In this document: piece after piece, positions 39,358-50,253 of the stretch
Position numbering within the stretch: position 1 is the stretch's first letter
Layout of the letters: every line of letters begins with the position of its first letter
DNA from: an uncultured delta proteobacterium
GTDB lineage: Bacteria > Desulfobacterota > RBG-13-43-22
Direction: 5' to 3'
Length of the DNA: 64,000 nt
NCBI GenBank assembly: GCA_963711835.1
Contig: CAVQFQ010000018.1
Coordinates: 17,682-81,681 of the forward strand
Translations under genes and position numbers: made by a program
The notes under the pieces: model-generated
Database searches by the model: none
What the model was told of the DNA's origin: nothing
Seen by the model: only the letters and a program-made list of their open reading frames with translations

Positions 39358-40695
39358 ATGAAAAGGCTTCTATTAATAAACCCCGTTGGAAGAAGAAGCG
39401 GTTATCTCTTAAGCCAATTCTCAACATTTTCTCCCTTGAGTTTAGCGTATGTCGCAGCGCTAACCCCTTCCCATTGGGAGATTAAAATTGTAGATGAAAA
39501 TTTTGACACCTTTGAATTTGAGGAAGCCGATCTGGTTGGGATCACGGCCTTTTCCAGCAATATCAACCGAGCCTATGAATTGGCCCAAACCTACCGAAAA
39601 AAAAAGATTAAGGTGGTCATGGGCGGTATTCATGCCTCCATGCTCCCAGACGAAGCCTTGAATTACTGTGATGCAGTGGTCCGGGGAGAAGTGGAGGGGG
39701 TCTGGGAAAAAGTAATTTCTGATTTCGAAAAGAACAATTTAGTCTCCCTATACAACGGGCCTCAGGTTGATCTTAAAAGGTATGCGATTCGTCCCCGCCG
39801 TGATTTGTTAAGTCCGAAATATTTTTGGAATTCGGTTCAAACCTCCCGGGGATGCCCTTTTAATTGCCATTTTTGCTCGGTATCAAAATACCTGGGAAAT
39901 GAATACCGTCAAAGAGATCCAGATCAGGTGCTTGATGAAATAGAACAAATAAATGGCCACTATATTACTTTCGTAGATGATAATTTAGTTGGTCATAACG
40001 AGGAACACAGAAACCGGGCCAAAAAATTATTTAAGGGCCTGATTGACCGGGGAATAAATAAGCATTGGTGGATGCAAACATCTATAAATGCGGCAGAGGA
40101 TCTGGAGACAATTCAATTAGCCTCCAAATCTGGATGCATGATGGTTTTTATTGGATTTGAAACCATCAGCGAAGATTCTCTTTTGGGAATGAAAAAAAGG
40201 GTTAATCTAAAAATCGGGGTTGAAAACTATAAAAAGGTTGTGGATCGATTCCATCGTTATGGAATCGGGGTTTTGGGGGCTTTTATAATCGGCAATGATT
40301 ATGAATCTTCTAATTATTATAAAGCATTAGCCGAATTTATCATTCAAACAAACATTGACGTAGTGCAGATTACCATCTTGACCCCCCTACCAGGGACGGC
40401 CTTCATGGAAGAACTGGAAAAAGCGGGGCGTCTGATTTATCATAATTTTCCTGATGATTGGGAGAAATATCGTTTTTCTTATGTGGTCCATAATCCCAAG
40501 GGGATAACACCGGAAACCATCTATAGCGGAGATAATTTCATCAAAGAACGGATTTATTCCTTCCCCAGGTATCAATTCCGCATTTTAAGATCGTTAATAA
40601 ATCTAAAAAACCCAACCAATTTTTACACCGTTTATAAATTAAATGAAGCCTATAAAAGAGGCTGGCAAAACTCCCATTATTATAAAAACTTTTAA
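39358..40695 (+). CDS. Cobalamin-binding radical SAM enzyme
   Basis: N-terminal B12-binding domain (PLSLAYVAA, DLVGIT, VMGGIHAS), TSRGCPFNCHFC, FVDDN, IGFET. Confidence 0.92.
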   Translation: MKRLLLINPVGRRSGYLLSQFSTFSPLSLAYVAALTPSHWEIKIVDENFDTFEFEEADLVGITAFSSNINRAYELAQTYRKKKIKVVMGGIHASMLPDEALNYCDAVVRGEVEGVWEKVISDFEKNNLVSLYNGPQVDLKRYAIRPRRDLLSPKYFWNSVQTSRGCPFNCHFCSVSKYLGNEYRQRDPDQVLDEIEQINGHYITFVDDNLVGHNEEHRNRAKKLFKGLIDRGINKHWWMQTSINAAEDLETIQLASKSGCMMVFIGFETISEDSLLGMKKRVNLKIGVENYKKVVDRFHRYGIGVLGAFIIGNDYESSNYYKALAEFIIQTNIDVVQITILTPLPGTAFMEELEKAGRLIYHNFPDDWEKYRFSYVVHNPKGITPETIYSGDNFIKERIYSFPRYQFRILRSLINLKNPTNFYTVYKLNEAYKRGWQNSHYYKNF

Positions 40696-40746
40696 CCTTT
40701 TTAAGATACGAGTCACCCATTTCCCCAGGCGCTTGAAGGGGTCTTT

Positions 40747-41934
40747 TCAATCCGCCGCCTTGCGTATAAAAGTGGGGACATCCAGTTCTTCTTCGTCAAA
40801 ATAATAATCCGGGGGTTTGGCCGGCCTCCGCGGACCATACTTGTCTATTTCTTTACCGACCCGACGAAAGGTCGGGGTTTCCCGATCCTCGGGGCTTTCT
40901 CTCTTGAACTCGGGCACCGACGGGTGAATTCGTTCAATATCCAGGTGTACTTTTTCCTCTTTCAGGTGGATTCCCGTGGCCACCACGGTGACCCGCAATT
41001 CTTCCCCCATCCCTTCATCGATGGCTGTCCCGAATATGATATTGGCGTCTTCATGCACTTCTTTCCGAATCAGGGTGCAGGCTTCGGTAACCTCCTCAAA
41101 CCCCAGATTGGAACTGGCGGTAATATTAAGCAGCACCGCCCGGGCCCCGGAGATGGTAATATCCTCCAACAAAGGACTGGAGATGGCCCTCTCGGCCGCC
41201 TCAACCGCCCGGTTCTCCCCGCTGGCCACCCCGGTTCCCATAAGAGCGACGCCCATTTCCGACATGATGGCCTTCACATCGGCAAAATCAAGATTAATCA
41301 ACCCGGGGATAACCACTAAATCGGAAATCCCCTTGACGGCATAAAGCAAAACATCATCGGCTTTCTTCAGCATTTCCAGGAAAGTGGCCTTTTTGGTGGC
41401 CAGAGAAATCAGACGGTCGTTCGGGATGGTAATTAAGGTATCCACGACCTGGCGTAACTCCTGGATCCCTTCTTCGGCCTGTTTTAAGCGCCGGGTCCCT
41501 TCAAAATGGAACGGTTTGGTAACGACCGCGACGGTCAGGATGTCCAATTCCTTGCAGATTTGAGCCACTATGGGGGAACCGCCGGTTCCGGTCCCGCCTC
41601 CCATGCCGGCCGTGATAAAGACCATGTCGCTGCCTTGTAACGCCTCTCGGATTTTTTCCGAATCTTCCAGGGTGGCATTACGGCCAATTTCAGGATTGGC
41701 CCCGGCCCCTAAACCTTTAGTCAGGTTCGTTCCCACCTGGATCCGGGTCTCGGCCAGGCAAGAGGAGAGAGCCTGGAGGTCGGTATTGGCGGTAATAAAT
41801 TCAACGCCTGTCAACTGGGATCGGATCATATTATTAATGGCATTGCTGCCCCCTCCCCCGATACCCAAGACGCGGATTTTTGGTTTCTGACAAGCGGTTT
41901 CTTCACCTACCCCAACCATTTCAATTTTCATCAT
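40747..41934 (-). CDS. ftsZ: Cell division protein FtsZ
   Basis: GIGGGGSNA, GMGGGTGTG, INLDFADV, LDVPTFIRK. Confidence 0.99.
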   Translation of the reverse strand: MMKIEMVGVGEETACQKPKIRVLGIGGGGSNAINNMIRSQLTGVEFITANTDLQALSSCLAETRIQVGTNLTKGLGAGANPEIGRNATLEDSEKIREALQGSDMVFITAGMGGGTGTGGSPIVAQICKELDILTVAVVTKPFHFEGTRRLKQAEEGIQELRQVVDTLITIPNDRLISLATKKATFLEMLKKADDVLLYAVKGISDLVVIPGLINLDFADVKAIMSEMGVALMGTGVASGENRAVEAAERAISSPLLEDITISGARAVLLNITASSNLGFEEVTEACTLIRKEVHEDANIIFGTAIDEGMGEELRVTVVATGIHLKEEKVHLDIERIHPSVPEFKRESPEDRETPTFRRVGKEIDKYGPRRPAKPPDYYFDEEELDVPTFIRKAAD

Positions 41935-42133
41935 CCCTTTTACCTCCTCTTGATTTGGTTTGTTCCCATTCTGGTGCCGAAAGGATAGATCCGCATGAAG
42001 TCAAGAAGAATCATCCTTTATATAGCTTGTTTGCAGCCGATTGAAAACAGAAATTTTTATCTTCCCTAACCTTTTGATTTAAAAAGTTAAAAAAATTTCG
42101 GGCCGTTCAATTGGCTACCCCAAGCCCCCTTTT

Positions 42134-43354
42134 TTATATAATCTCTTTAAACCATTTTTTCATCCGATCCATGACCCGGAAAAAAATATTTTGGTCGCGG
42201 ATCCTAAATTTTTTCTTGGGCAGGGATCTGGCTCCGTAAAGGACCAGGCCGACTGCGGTAGCATACATGGGACTGTTAACTACATCGGCAATCCCGCCGA
42301 ATCCCTGCGGATATCCTCGTCGAGCCGGAAGATTAAAAATCTGTTCGGCCAACTCAGGGATGCCTTCCATCAACGAAGAGCCGCCCGTTATGGCCAGGCC
42401 GGAGGCAATGGAATCGCTATAGTTCGACCGCAGGATTTCACGGTTCACCAGAGAAAAGATTTCTTCCACCCGGGGCTCTAAAATTTCCCCCAAGATCTGG
42501 CGCGTGAGGGTCCGGGGTTTTCTGCCTCCGACGCTCGGGACCTCAATGGTTTCATCCTTAGTGATCATCGAGGTTAGGCAACAGCCGTGGATCTTTTTTA
42601 TTTTTTCCGCGGCTAAATGAGGCGTTCGGAGTCCTACGGCAATATCGTTGGTCAGGTTGTTTCCTCCCAAGGCCAAAATGGAGGTGTGTTTAATGTTGTT
42701 GTTGGAGAAGATGGCCAAATCCGTGGTCCCGCCTCCGAAGTCGATCAGGGCCACCCCTAATTCTTTTTCTTCCGGGGTAAGGACGGTTTCACTGGAGGCA
42801 ATGGATTCCAATACGATATCACAGACGTCCAATCCGGCCTTGTTGGCACACCGAATGATGTTCTGGGCCGAGGTCACCGCCCCGGTGATAATATGGACCT
42901 TGACTTCCAGACGCACCCCCGACATGCCTAAGGGGTCCTGAATGCCGTCCTGGTCGTCGACAATAAATTCCTGGGGGAGCACATGGATCACTTCCCGATC
43001 CAGAGGAATGGCGATGGCCTTGGCCGCATCAATAACCCGTACGATGTCGTTTTTGGTGACTTCCCTGCTTTTGACGGCAATCACACCCTGGCTGTTAAAG
43101 CCTTTGATGTGCCCCCCGGCAATGCCGGCAAAAACGGAGGTAATCTCGCAGCCGGCCATGAGTTCCGCTTCCTCGATGGCTTTCTTGATCGAATTCACGG
43201 TGCTTTCGATATTGACGACCACCCCCTTCCGCAAACCCACTGATGGATGGGTCCCGATCCCGACGATATCCACCCCGCCTGAGGAGACTTCCCCGACAAC
43301 GGCACAAATTTTTGTGGTCCCGATATCCAATCCTACCACCAGATTGTTATGCAA
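42134..43354 (-). CDS. ftsA: Cell division protein FtsA
   Basis: VGLDIGTTKI, IDFGGGTTD, C-terminal WFKE helix; TTG start after GGAGGTGA (the ORF-track start is too far upstream). Confidence 0.96.
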   Translation of the reverse strand: MHNNLVVGLDIGTTKICAVVGEVSSGGVDIVGIGTHPSVGLRKGVVVNIESTVNSIKKAIEEAELMAGCEITSVFAGIAGGHIKGFNSQGVIAVKSREVTKNDIVRVIDAAKAIAIPLDREVIHVLPQEFIVDDQDGIQDPLGMSGVRLEVKVHIITGAVTSAQNIIRCANKAGLDVCDIVLESIASSETVLTPEEKELGVALIDFGGGTTDLAIFSNNNIKHTSILALGGNNLTNDIAVGLRTPHLAAEKIKKIHGCCLTSMITKDETIEVPSVGGRKPRTLTRQILGEILEPRVEEIFSLVNREILRSNYSDSIASGLAITGGSSLMEGIPELAEQIFNLPARRGYPQGFGGIADVVNSPMYATAVGLVLYGARSLPKKKFRIRDQNIFFRVMDRMKKWFKEII

Positions 43355-43395
43355 AAGGTACTCACCTCCCTTCCTTAATAACCGCGGCCAAGGAC

Positions 43396-44250
43396 TTAAA
43401 CGCCTTTTTGGGGCCTCAGTCCATGGACGATAATCCGCCGGCCAAACTGCAAAGAAATTCCCCGGAGATGCGGGAGGTCCGGGCGGGATTGCAGTGCCGC
43501 CCAGATTTTCTCCAGCCGCTTGACCCTGTTTGGAAGGTCTTCTTTTCCGAGGGTAATCCGGATCCCCCGCTCTAAGGTGTAGAGGGTAAACCCGCAATCC
43601 GGGTCGCAATGAATTTCGGAAAGCTTGCCCGGATAGATCGGGTCAACCCCTTGACTCAAAAGGGTTTGCAGGGTTACCAGGTCTTGAAGAAGGCCCGATC
43701 TTAGCCGGCCCGTAGCTTCCCAGTCTTCTTTTTCCAGTCCGGTTAGGAGAGGAAAGGCGACGCCGTCCCGGGACTCCGCTTTTTTAAAGAGCAGCCCTTC
43801 CCGGTTTAAAAAATATAGGTCCCGGTTGAGTAAGACCAGGTCCAGGGGCTGGTGTTCGGTCACCACGACATGAAGTTTGTTGGGCAGTTCCCGCCGCAGA
43901 GAAACCGTTTTGACCCAGGGGATGGTCTCCATCTTTTTTTTAACTTCGTTTAAATTTAAGGCCAGAAGATTGACCCCGTTTTCAAGACCCCCTTTCTGAA
44001 GCAATTCAGCTTGGGTGACCTTATTGATCCCGGCGACCGCCACGTCTTCGATTTTGAAAAAGGGGGTGGAAAGGGCCACGAGGTAGCCCATTAATAGGGT
44101 CAGACTGATCCCCAAGGCGATCATGATCAGCAGGGACCCAATCCAAAAATTATGCCAGAAGCGTTGAATCAAGGAAAGACCGGATTCCCGGAGAGGGGTC
44201 CGGTAGCTATTTCTGCCGATGCTGCCGATTCTGGTTTTACCGATATACAT
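43396..44250 (-). CDS. ftsQ: Cell division protein FtsQ/DivIB
   Basis: TM + POTRA (PWVKTVSLRRELPN); position upstream of ftsA. Confidence 0.88.
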   Translation of the reverse strand: MYIGKTRIGSIGRNSYRTPLRESGLSLIQRFWHNFWIGSLLIMIALGISLTLLMGYLVALSTPFFKIEDVAVAGINKVTQAELLQKGGLENGVNLLALNLNEVKKKMETIPWVKTVSLRRELPNKLHVVVTEHQPLDLVLLNRDLYFLNREGLLFKKAESRDGVAFPLLTGLEKEDWEATGRLRSGLLQDLVTLQTLLSQGVDPIYPGKLSEIHCDPDCGFTLYTLERGIRITLGKEDLPNRVKRLEKIWAALQSRPDLPHLRGISLQFGRRIIVHGLRPQKGV

Positions 44251-44259
44251 GAATTTCTC

Positions 44260-45189
44260 CTAAAGGGAACAGCCCCATAATGTTACTTCCGGTTCCAATA
44301 AAATTCCGCTCTCTTGAAAAACGCGTTTTTGGATCAAACGCATCAAAGACAGGACGTCTTGAGCCCGGCCCTTTCCCCGGTTTATGATAAAATTGGCATG
44401 CCGGGTGGATATTTCCACATCACCCCGGATAACCCCTTTCAGTCCGGCCTCTTCGATCAACCGGCCGGCAAAATCCCCCGGGGGATTTTTAAATACCGAA
44501 CCGCAACTGGGCCTTCTTAGGGGCTGGGTTAATCTTCGCCGGTTCCAGAGGGCCTTGGTTTCTTCCCGAATACGAAGCGGATCTCCTTGGGATAAAGCCA
44601 CTCCTCCCGACAGGATAACGGCCCCGGCCTCAAGGTTAAGCTGACGATAGGTAAAAGTGAGCTGCTCCCGATTCATTTTTTCCAGGCCCGCGGCCGGGGA
44701 GACCAGGATCAGGTATTCGGTAATATCTTTTATCTCCCGGCCATAACTGCCGGCATTCATGGCCCAGGCTCCGCCCAGGGAACCGGGGATGCCGGTCAAA
44801 AATTCAAGCCCTTGAAGGTGGTTCTTCAGACCATACTGGACCAGTTTAGAAAGAGGATAGCCGGCTCCCACCTCCAGAAGCCTTTGATTTGTTCTCCGGG
44901 TCTTTTCCTCCAACCCGGCAAAATGAGGCGCCAGATGGAGAACCGCTCCCCGGACTCCCTGATCGGCCACCAGCAGGTTGCTGCCTTGCCCCAAAATAAA
45001 CCAGGGCAGATCCCGGTTTTGAAAAATCTCCAGGAGCTGCTCTACCTCCCGGATTCCCTGGGGTTGAATAAACCAATCGGCCCGCCCTCCGATGTTAAGA
45101 GTTGTCAAAGGGGCCAGGGGAAGCCACTGTTTTGCCCTTCCCGGACAGACCCTTTCAAAAAGCTGTTTCAGGCCCTTTCGAAGATACAA
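44260..45189 (-). CDS. murB: UDP-N-acetylmuramate dehydrogenase
   Basis: [39 protein letters not shown]. Confidence 0.96.
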   Translation of the reverse strand: MYLRKGLKQLFERVCPGRAKQWLPLAPLTTLNIGGRADWFIQPQGIREVEQLLEIFQNRDLPWFILGQGSNLLVADQGVRGAVLHLAPHFAGLEEKTRRTNQRLLEVGAGYPLSKLVQYGLKNHLQGLEFLTGIPGSLGGAWAMNAGSYGREIKDITEYLILVSPAAGLEKMNREQLTFTYRQLNLEAGAVILSGGVALSQGDPLRIREETKALWNRRRLTQPLRRPSCGSVFKNPPGDFAGRLIEEAGLKGVIRGDVEISTRHANFIINRGKGRAQDVLSLMRLIQKRVFQESGILLEPEVTLWGCSL

Positions 45190-46540
45190 GCTGCTGTCCT
45201 ATCTTCCAGACATCACCGGCCCCCAGGGTAACCAAAATATCTCCGGAAGCCAGGACATCCTGGAGATAGGCCATGACCTTATCCTGGCTCGGTTGGAATC
45301 GGACCTCGCGATGCCCTTTTTCCTTGATCCCCTCCAGCAAATGTTCTGCGTCCAGACCCGGAATCGGATCTTCGCCGGCGGAATAAATAGGCATCAGGAT
45401 CAGGCAATCGGCCTGGTAAAAAGAGGTCGTAAATTCGTTAAAAAGGGCCTTGGTTCTGGTAAAACGGTGAGGTTGAAAAACCACTACGATCCGCCGGTCC
45501 GGCCAACAGCCCCGCACGGCAGTGAGCGTGGCCCGGATTTCGGTGGGGTGGTGGCCATAATCATCAACAACGGTCACGCCGTTCCATTCGCCTCGAATCT
45601 GGAACCGCCGTTGGACCCCGGCTAATTGATCAAAGGCCTTTTTGATCTTTTCGAAAGGGATCTCCAGTTCGAATCCAACGGCAATAGCGGCCAGAGAGTT
45701 ATAAACATTGTGCACCCCGGGCAGATTCAGATGAATCTCTCCCCAATCCCGGCCGTTATGAACAAGATGGAAGTGGGTGGACAGCCCCTGTTGTTGGATC
45801 CCCCTGGCCTGGAAATCAGCCTGAGTCGAGAGGCCGTAGGTCCGGTAGCGCTTCTTTAATTTGGGAATCAAAGAAGGAAGATAGGGGTCGTCCAAACAGA
45901 GGATGGCCAGCCCATAAAAGGGAAGACGGTTTAGAAAATCAAGAAAGGCGGCTTGGATCTGACTTAGGTCGCTGTAAAAATCGAGATGTTCCAAGTCGAT
46001 ATTGGTGACCACGGCAATACTGGGCGAAAGATGCAGAAATGAACCATCGCTTTCATCGGCTTCGGCCACCAGGAAGGCCCCCTGTCCCAGCCGGGCGTTG
46101 CTGCCCCAACTATCCAGCCTTCCTCCGATGACCACCGTGGGGTCAAGGCCCCCCTGGGCCAGGACCTGGGCTACGATGGCCGTGGTGGTGGTCTTACCAT
46201 GGGCCCCGGCAATCGCTATGCCGTATTTCAAACGCATCAACTCGGCCAGCATTTCAGCCCGGGGAATAACCGGAAGAAGGGCTTCCCGGGCCGCCAAGAC
46301 CTCGGGATTATCAGACCGGACCGCCGAGGAGATGACCACCACCTCGGCCCCTTGAACCTGTTCGGCTTTATGCCCAATGGAAATCTTCCCCCCCAGGGAC
46401 TCCAGACGCCGGGTGATTTCCGATTCCTTAAGATCGGACCCGCTGACCTGATAGCCAAGATTCAGCAGAACCTCGGCAATACCGCTCATCCCGATGCCGC
46501 CGATTCCTATAAAATGGATATGTTGAAAACGCGGGTACAT
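45155..46540 (-). CDS. murC: UDP-N-acetylmuramate-L-alanine ligase
   Basis: [37 protein letters not shown]. Confidence 0.98.
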   Translation of the reverse strand: MYPRFQHIHFIGIGGIGMSGIAEVLLNLGYQVSGSDLKESEITRRLESLGGKISIGHKAEQVQGAEVVVISSAVRSDNPEVLAAREALLPVIPRAEMLAELMRLKYGIAIAGAHGKTTTTAIVAQVLAQGGLDPTVVIGGRLDSWGSNARLGQGAFLVAEADESDGSFLHLSPSIAVVTNIDLEHLDFYSDLSQIQAAFLDFLNRLPFYGLAILCLDDPYLPSLIPKLKKRYRTYGLSTQADFQARGIQQQGLSTHFHLVHNGRDWGEIHLNLPGVHNVYNSLAAIAVGFELEIPFEKIKKAFDQLAGVQRRFQIRGEWNGVTVVDDYGHHPTEIRATLTAVRGCWPDRRIVVVFQPHRFTRTKALFNEFTTSFYQADCLILMPIYSAGEDPIPGLDAEHLLEGIKEKGHREVRFQPSQDKVMAYLQDVLASGDILVTLGAGDVWKIGQQLVSSKGPETAF

Positions 46541-46600
46541 AATTTCCTGATCAAACGCACCGTTTTTTCCCGAACAGCTCTGATCGGGTTTCCTTAAAGA

Positions 46601-47695
46601 TTAAGTCCGAGATTCTTTATCCTCAAGCAGTTGATAGCAGCTTTCCACAATCTCGTCTGCTGCCTGCCAGCGCCCCAAAGTCCGGGCCTGATCACCCAGA
46701 GAAGCCCATCGCTCCGGATGTTTCAGCCAGTCTCTGATCGTTTCCCCCAGGAGCTGCGGGGTCAAATTTTTTTCCAGGATCATTTCAGCCGCCTTGGCCC
46801 TGACCAAGGCCCGGGCATTATATTCCTGGTGGTTATTGGTGGCATAGGGATAGGGGATCAATAAACTGGCTTTCCCCAGAGCCGTAATTTCGGTCAGGGT
46901 CATGGCCCCGGCCCGGCTGATGATCAGGTCGGCCTGACCATAGGCCCAGGTCATGTCGGTAATAAAGGCCATAACCTGGTGCCGAAACCCCTTTTCCCGA
47001 TAGGCCTGGGCCACCCGGGGTTCATCTTTGGCACCTGTTTGATGGATAAACATCAACTCTTCTTTTAAGGAAAGGAGCTCATCGAGGGCTTCCACCATAA
47101 CCTGATTAATCCGCTGGGCCCCCTGGCTCCCCCCCAAAATCAACAGCGTCAGGGCTTGGGAACGGGAAGTTTTTCCAGCGGCCGCCTTTTGGAGCTCCTT
47201 CCGAATCGGATTCCCGGTCAGGACACATTTTTCCCTTGGGAAATAGGCCCTGCTGGCCTCGAAGGCACAGAAGACTCGGTCCGCCACCCGGCCCAGGAGG
47301 CGGTTGGTAGTCCCGGGAATGGAATTCTGTTCCTGGATGACACAGGGGATTCTCTTTAACCGGGCCGCCAGGACCACCGGACCCGAGATGTATCCACCCA
47401 CGCCCAAAACGATCCGGGGACGGATCTCTTTCAGCAAGGCCAGGGATTGCCTCAAGGCCCCGGGGAGTTTCGAAACGGAGCGCATTTTTTCGTTCAGGTT
47501 TTTCCCTTTGATTCCCCCCAGTTCCAGGGTTTGGGCTGAAAAGCCCCGGTCGGTTAGGATCCGGGTATCCAGGGTCCGGGCGGTAGTTACAAACAGGACC
47601 TGATTAAGGGGCTCTTTTTCCATAAAGGCCTCAGCCAGCGCAATCGCCGGAAAAAGATGGCCTCCGGTTCCCCCTCCGGCGATCAGGATTCGCAC
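46601..47695 (-). CDS. murG: Lipid II GlcNAc transferase
   Basis: GGGTGGHLFP, EQNSIPG, GGSQGA, SRAGA. Confidence 0.97.
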   Translation of the reverse strand: MRILIAGGGTGGHLFPAIALAEAFMEKEPLNQVLFVTTARTLDTRILTDRGFSAQTLELGGIKGKNLNEKMRSVSKLPGALRQSLALLKEIRPRIVLGVGGYISGPVVLAARLKRIPCVIQEQNSIPGTTNRLLGRVADRVFCAFEASRAYFPREKCVLTGNPIRKELQKAAAGKTSRSQALTLLILGGSQGAQRINQVMVEALDELLSLKEELMFIHQTGAKDEPRVAQAYREKGFRHQVMAFITDMTWAYGQADLIISRAGAMTLTEITALGKASLLIPYPYATNNHQEYNARALVRAKAAEMILEKNLTPQLLGETIRDWLKHPERWASLGDQARTLGRWQAADEIVESCYQLLEDKESRT

Positions 47696-48810
47696 TCCTT
47701 TTCCTCAAGATGTTGGGCGGCAATATTCATTAGGATCCCCATACAGATCATCGTTAAAATCAAAGAAGATCCCCCGTAACTGATAAAAGGCAAGGTCAGG
47801 CCCTTCGTGGGCAGCAGCCCCATCACCACCAGGATATTGATGAAGGCCTGGAAGCCTATCATGACCGTGATTCCGACAATCAAATAAACCGTAAAGAGTT
47901 CCTTGATTTTCAGGGCCAATCGCAGGCATTTAAAAATAAGGATCAAATAAAGGCTCGTAATCAAGAGCACCCCGATATAACCGAATTCCTCCCCCAGGAT
48001 GGAGAAAATGAAATCGGTGTGAGGTTCGGGCAAATAAAAAAGCTTTTGCTGGCTTCCACCCAGTCCCTGTCCGGTCAGGCCTCCGGAACCAAAGGCCAGA
48101 AACGAGTGCTTCAGGTGAAATCCGGACCCGAGGGGATCTTTCCAGGGATCCAGATAGGACAGGACCCGCATCCTCCGATAAGGCACTTTCCAGACCAGGA
48201 AGTAGGCCATGGGAATCATGGGCAGGATAGAGAACACCAGATACCGAATCCGTGCCCCCCCCACAAAAAGCATGATACCGGTGATCATCAAGAGGCTGAT
48301 GGCCATACCCAGATCAGGTTCAATCAAGATCAAAATCAGGAAAAGGCCGACCACACCGGCGGGAAAAATAAACCCCTTGACCAGGGTTTTTATTTGCACC
48401 TGGTGCTTGCTCATGAAATAGGCCAAATAGATCACGATCACCAATTTGGAAAACTCGGCCGGTTGCAGGGAGAGTCCCCCCATCCGAAACCAGCGGGAAG
48501 CCCCGCCCATCCGGGATCCGATTCCCGGGATCAATACCAGCAGCAGCGATAAAAGGCTGGCTCCTAACAACCAATAGACCCATCGTTCAAACCGCTGGTA
48601 AGGAATGAAGCGAAAGACGATCATCACCAGGAGGCCGAAAAAAGCGAAAACCAGTTGTTTTTGGACAAAATAAAAACTGTTATGGTAGCGTTTGGCCGCC
48701 AAATGGGAACTGGCGCTATAGACCATGATGATCCCGATGATGACCAGGGCCAGGGCCAGGCCCAAAAAAAGATAATCCATCCCTAAAGCCGGTTTCGTTT
48801 CTTCCTGCAC
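47683..48810 (-). CDS. ftsW: SEDS peptidoglycan polymerase FtsW
   Basis: GASRW, QPAEFSK, LPEPHTDFIF, LPFISYGGSS. Confidence 0.97.
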   Translation of the reverse strand: MQEETKPALGMDYLFLGLALALVIIGIIMVYSASSHLAAKRYHNSFYFVQKQLVFAFFGLLVMIVFRFIPYQRFERWVYWLLGASLLSLLLVLIPGIGSRMGGASRWFRMGGLSLQPAEFSKLVIVIYLAYFMSKHQVQIKTLVKGFIFPAGVVGLFLILILIEPDLGMAISLLMITGIMLFVGGARIRYLVFSILPMIPMAYFLVWKVPYRRMRVLSYLDPWKDPLGSGFHLKHSFLAFGSGGLTGQGLGGSQQKLFYLPEPHTDFIFSILGEEFGYIGVLLITSLYLILIFKCLRLALKIKELFTVYLIVGITVMIGFQAFINILVVMGLLPTKGLTLPFISYGGSSLILTMICMGILMNIAAQHLEEKECES

Positions 48811-48855
48811 AAGTTACCCTTACCGTTTTATTTACAGGTTTTTGCCTGCAGCCTC

Positions 48856-50244
48856 TTAACCCTCAGCTATTGGTTCTTTTACCGGGTAGTCCCAGCCCAG
48901 TTCTTTTACTGCTTTTTGAAAGACTTCACCCCGATGGACATAATCGCGAAACATATCAAAACTGGAGCAGGCCGGTGAGAGCAGGACCACCTCTCCCGGA
49001 GCCGCTTGCTGAAAGGACCAGGAAACGGCTTCTTCCAGGGTCCGGGCCAGGAAGGTCCGGGTTAAAGCCCCCAATTGGTCCTTCATGACCTGCTGCGCTT
49101 CTCCGATTAAGGCCAGGCCTTTGCATTTCTGTTGAATCCATGGTTTCAGGGGACTATAATCGCCCCCTTTGTCCCGGCCTCCGGCAATGAGATAAACCGG
49201 CTCGGAAAAACCTTCCAGGGCCTTTACGACCGCACCAACATTGGTTCCCTTGGAATCATCATAGAACCGGACCCCCCGAACCTCTCCAACCCATTCCAGG
49301 CGATGGCCGAAACCCTTAAAGGTTTGCAGGGTCCGCTGGACCGCTTCCGGCGAAGCCTCCAAAAGGCGCGCCGCTAAGAGGGCGGCCAGGGCGTTTTCCC
49401 GATTATGGAGGCCCGGCAAAGAAAAGCCGTTCAGGTGATACCTTTCAGAGCGGGATCCCATTTCCAGGAGAATCCCCTGGGGATCCAGATAAGCCCCGGG
49501 AAAGACCTTCTCTCGCCGGCTAAAATAGAAGACCGGCCCCGGGAGCCTTTCCCCGAGGGATCGGACAATAGGGTCATCCCAATTCAAAACGGCCATTCCT
49601 TTTTCACCTTGATTGCGGAAGAGGCTGGCTTTGGAATTTTGATAGGCCTGGAAGTCGGGGTAGCGGTCCAGATGGTCTTCGGTGATGTTGAGCAGAAGAC
49701 CCAGGATCGGAGAAAAATGCCAAGCCGTATCCAGTTGAAAGCTGCTGATTTCAGCCACGACCAAATCCAAATCCTGACCCTTTAGGAGATACTCGGTTAA
49801 GGGCCGGCCGATATTGCCCCCTAAAAAGGTTTTCTTACCCGAAGCTACGAGCATTTCATTCAGTAAGGCCGTGGTGGTTGTTTTGCCGTTGGTTCCGCTG
49901 ACCGCCGCTACCGGTGTTTGGCACAAAGTCGAGAACAATTCCAACTCCCCCCAGACCGGGACCCCCCGTTGCCTGGCCTGGGCCAGGGCCGGCAGGTCCA
50001 GGGGGATGCCCGGACTAAGTAAGATCAAATCGGCCTGGTTAAAGAAGGCTTCGGTATGCCTTCCCCCTTCCATCACCACAGGCAGGCCCTTTCCCTGAAA
50101 GGCCTTGAGTTGCTCTTCCAGGCCGGACCGTTCTCGGGTATCGGAAACCAGGACCTGGGCCCCTTGCTCCATTAACAGGGAGACCAGGGCCAGCCCTGTT
50201 TTTCCCAGACCCGTCACCAAGACCTTTTTCCCTTTTAATTCCAA
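48856..50244 (-). CDS. murD: UDP-MurNAc-L-Ala-D-Glu ligase
   Basis: GLGKTG, SPGI, GTNGKTT, EISSFQL, DSKGTN, LSPACSSFD. Confidence 0.97.
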   Translation of the reverse strand: MELKGKKVLVTGLGKTGLALVSLLMEQGAQVLVSDTRERSGLEEQLKAFQGKGLPVVMEGGRHTEAFFNQADLILLSPGIPLDLPALAQARQRGVPVWGELELFSTLCQTPVAAVSGTNGKTTTTALLNEMLVASGKKTFLGGNIGRPLTEYLLKGQDLDLVVAEISSFQLDTAWHFSPILGLLLNITEDHLDRYPDFQAYQNSKASLFRNQGEKGMAVLNWDDPIVRSLGERLPGPVFYFSRREKVFPGAYLDPQGILLEMGSRSERYHLNGFSLPGLHNRENALAALLAARLLEASPEAVQRTLQTFKGFGHRLEWVGEVRGVRFYDDSKGTNVGAVVKALEGFSEPVYLIAGGRDKGGDYSPLKPWIQQKCKGLALIGEAQQVMKDQLGALTRTFLARTLEEAVSWSFQQAAPGEVVLLSPACSSFDMFRDYVHRGEVFQKAVKELGWDYPVKEPIAEG

Positions 50245-50253
50245 GAAGAGCTC

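Noticed and set aside
43355-43609. 85-aa N-terminal extension of FtsA in the ORF track
   Set aside because: It overlaps ftsQ; a strong RBS and TTG at 43354 give a normal-length FtsA.
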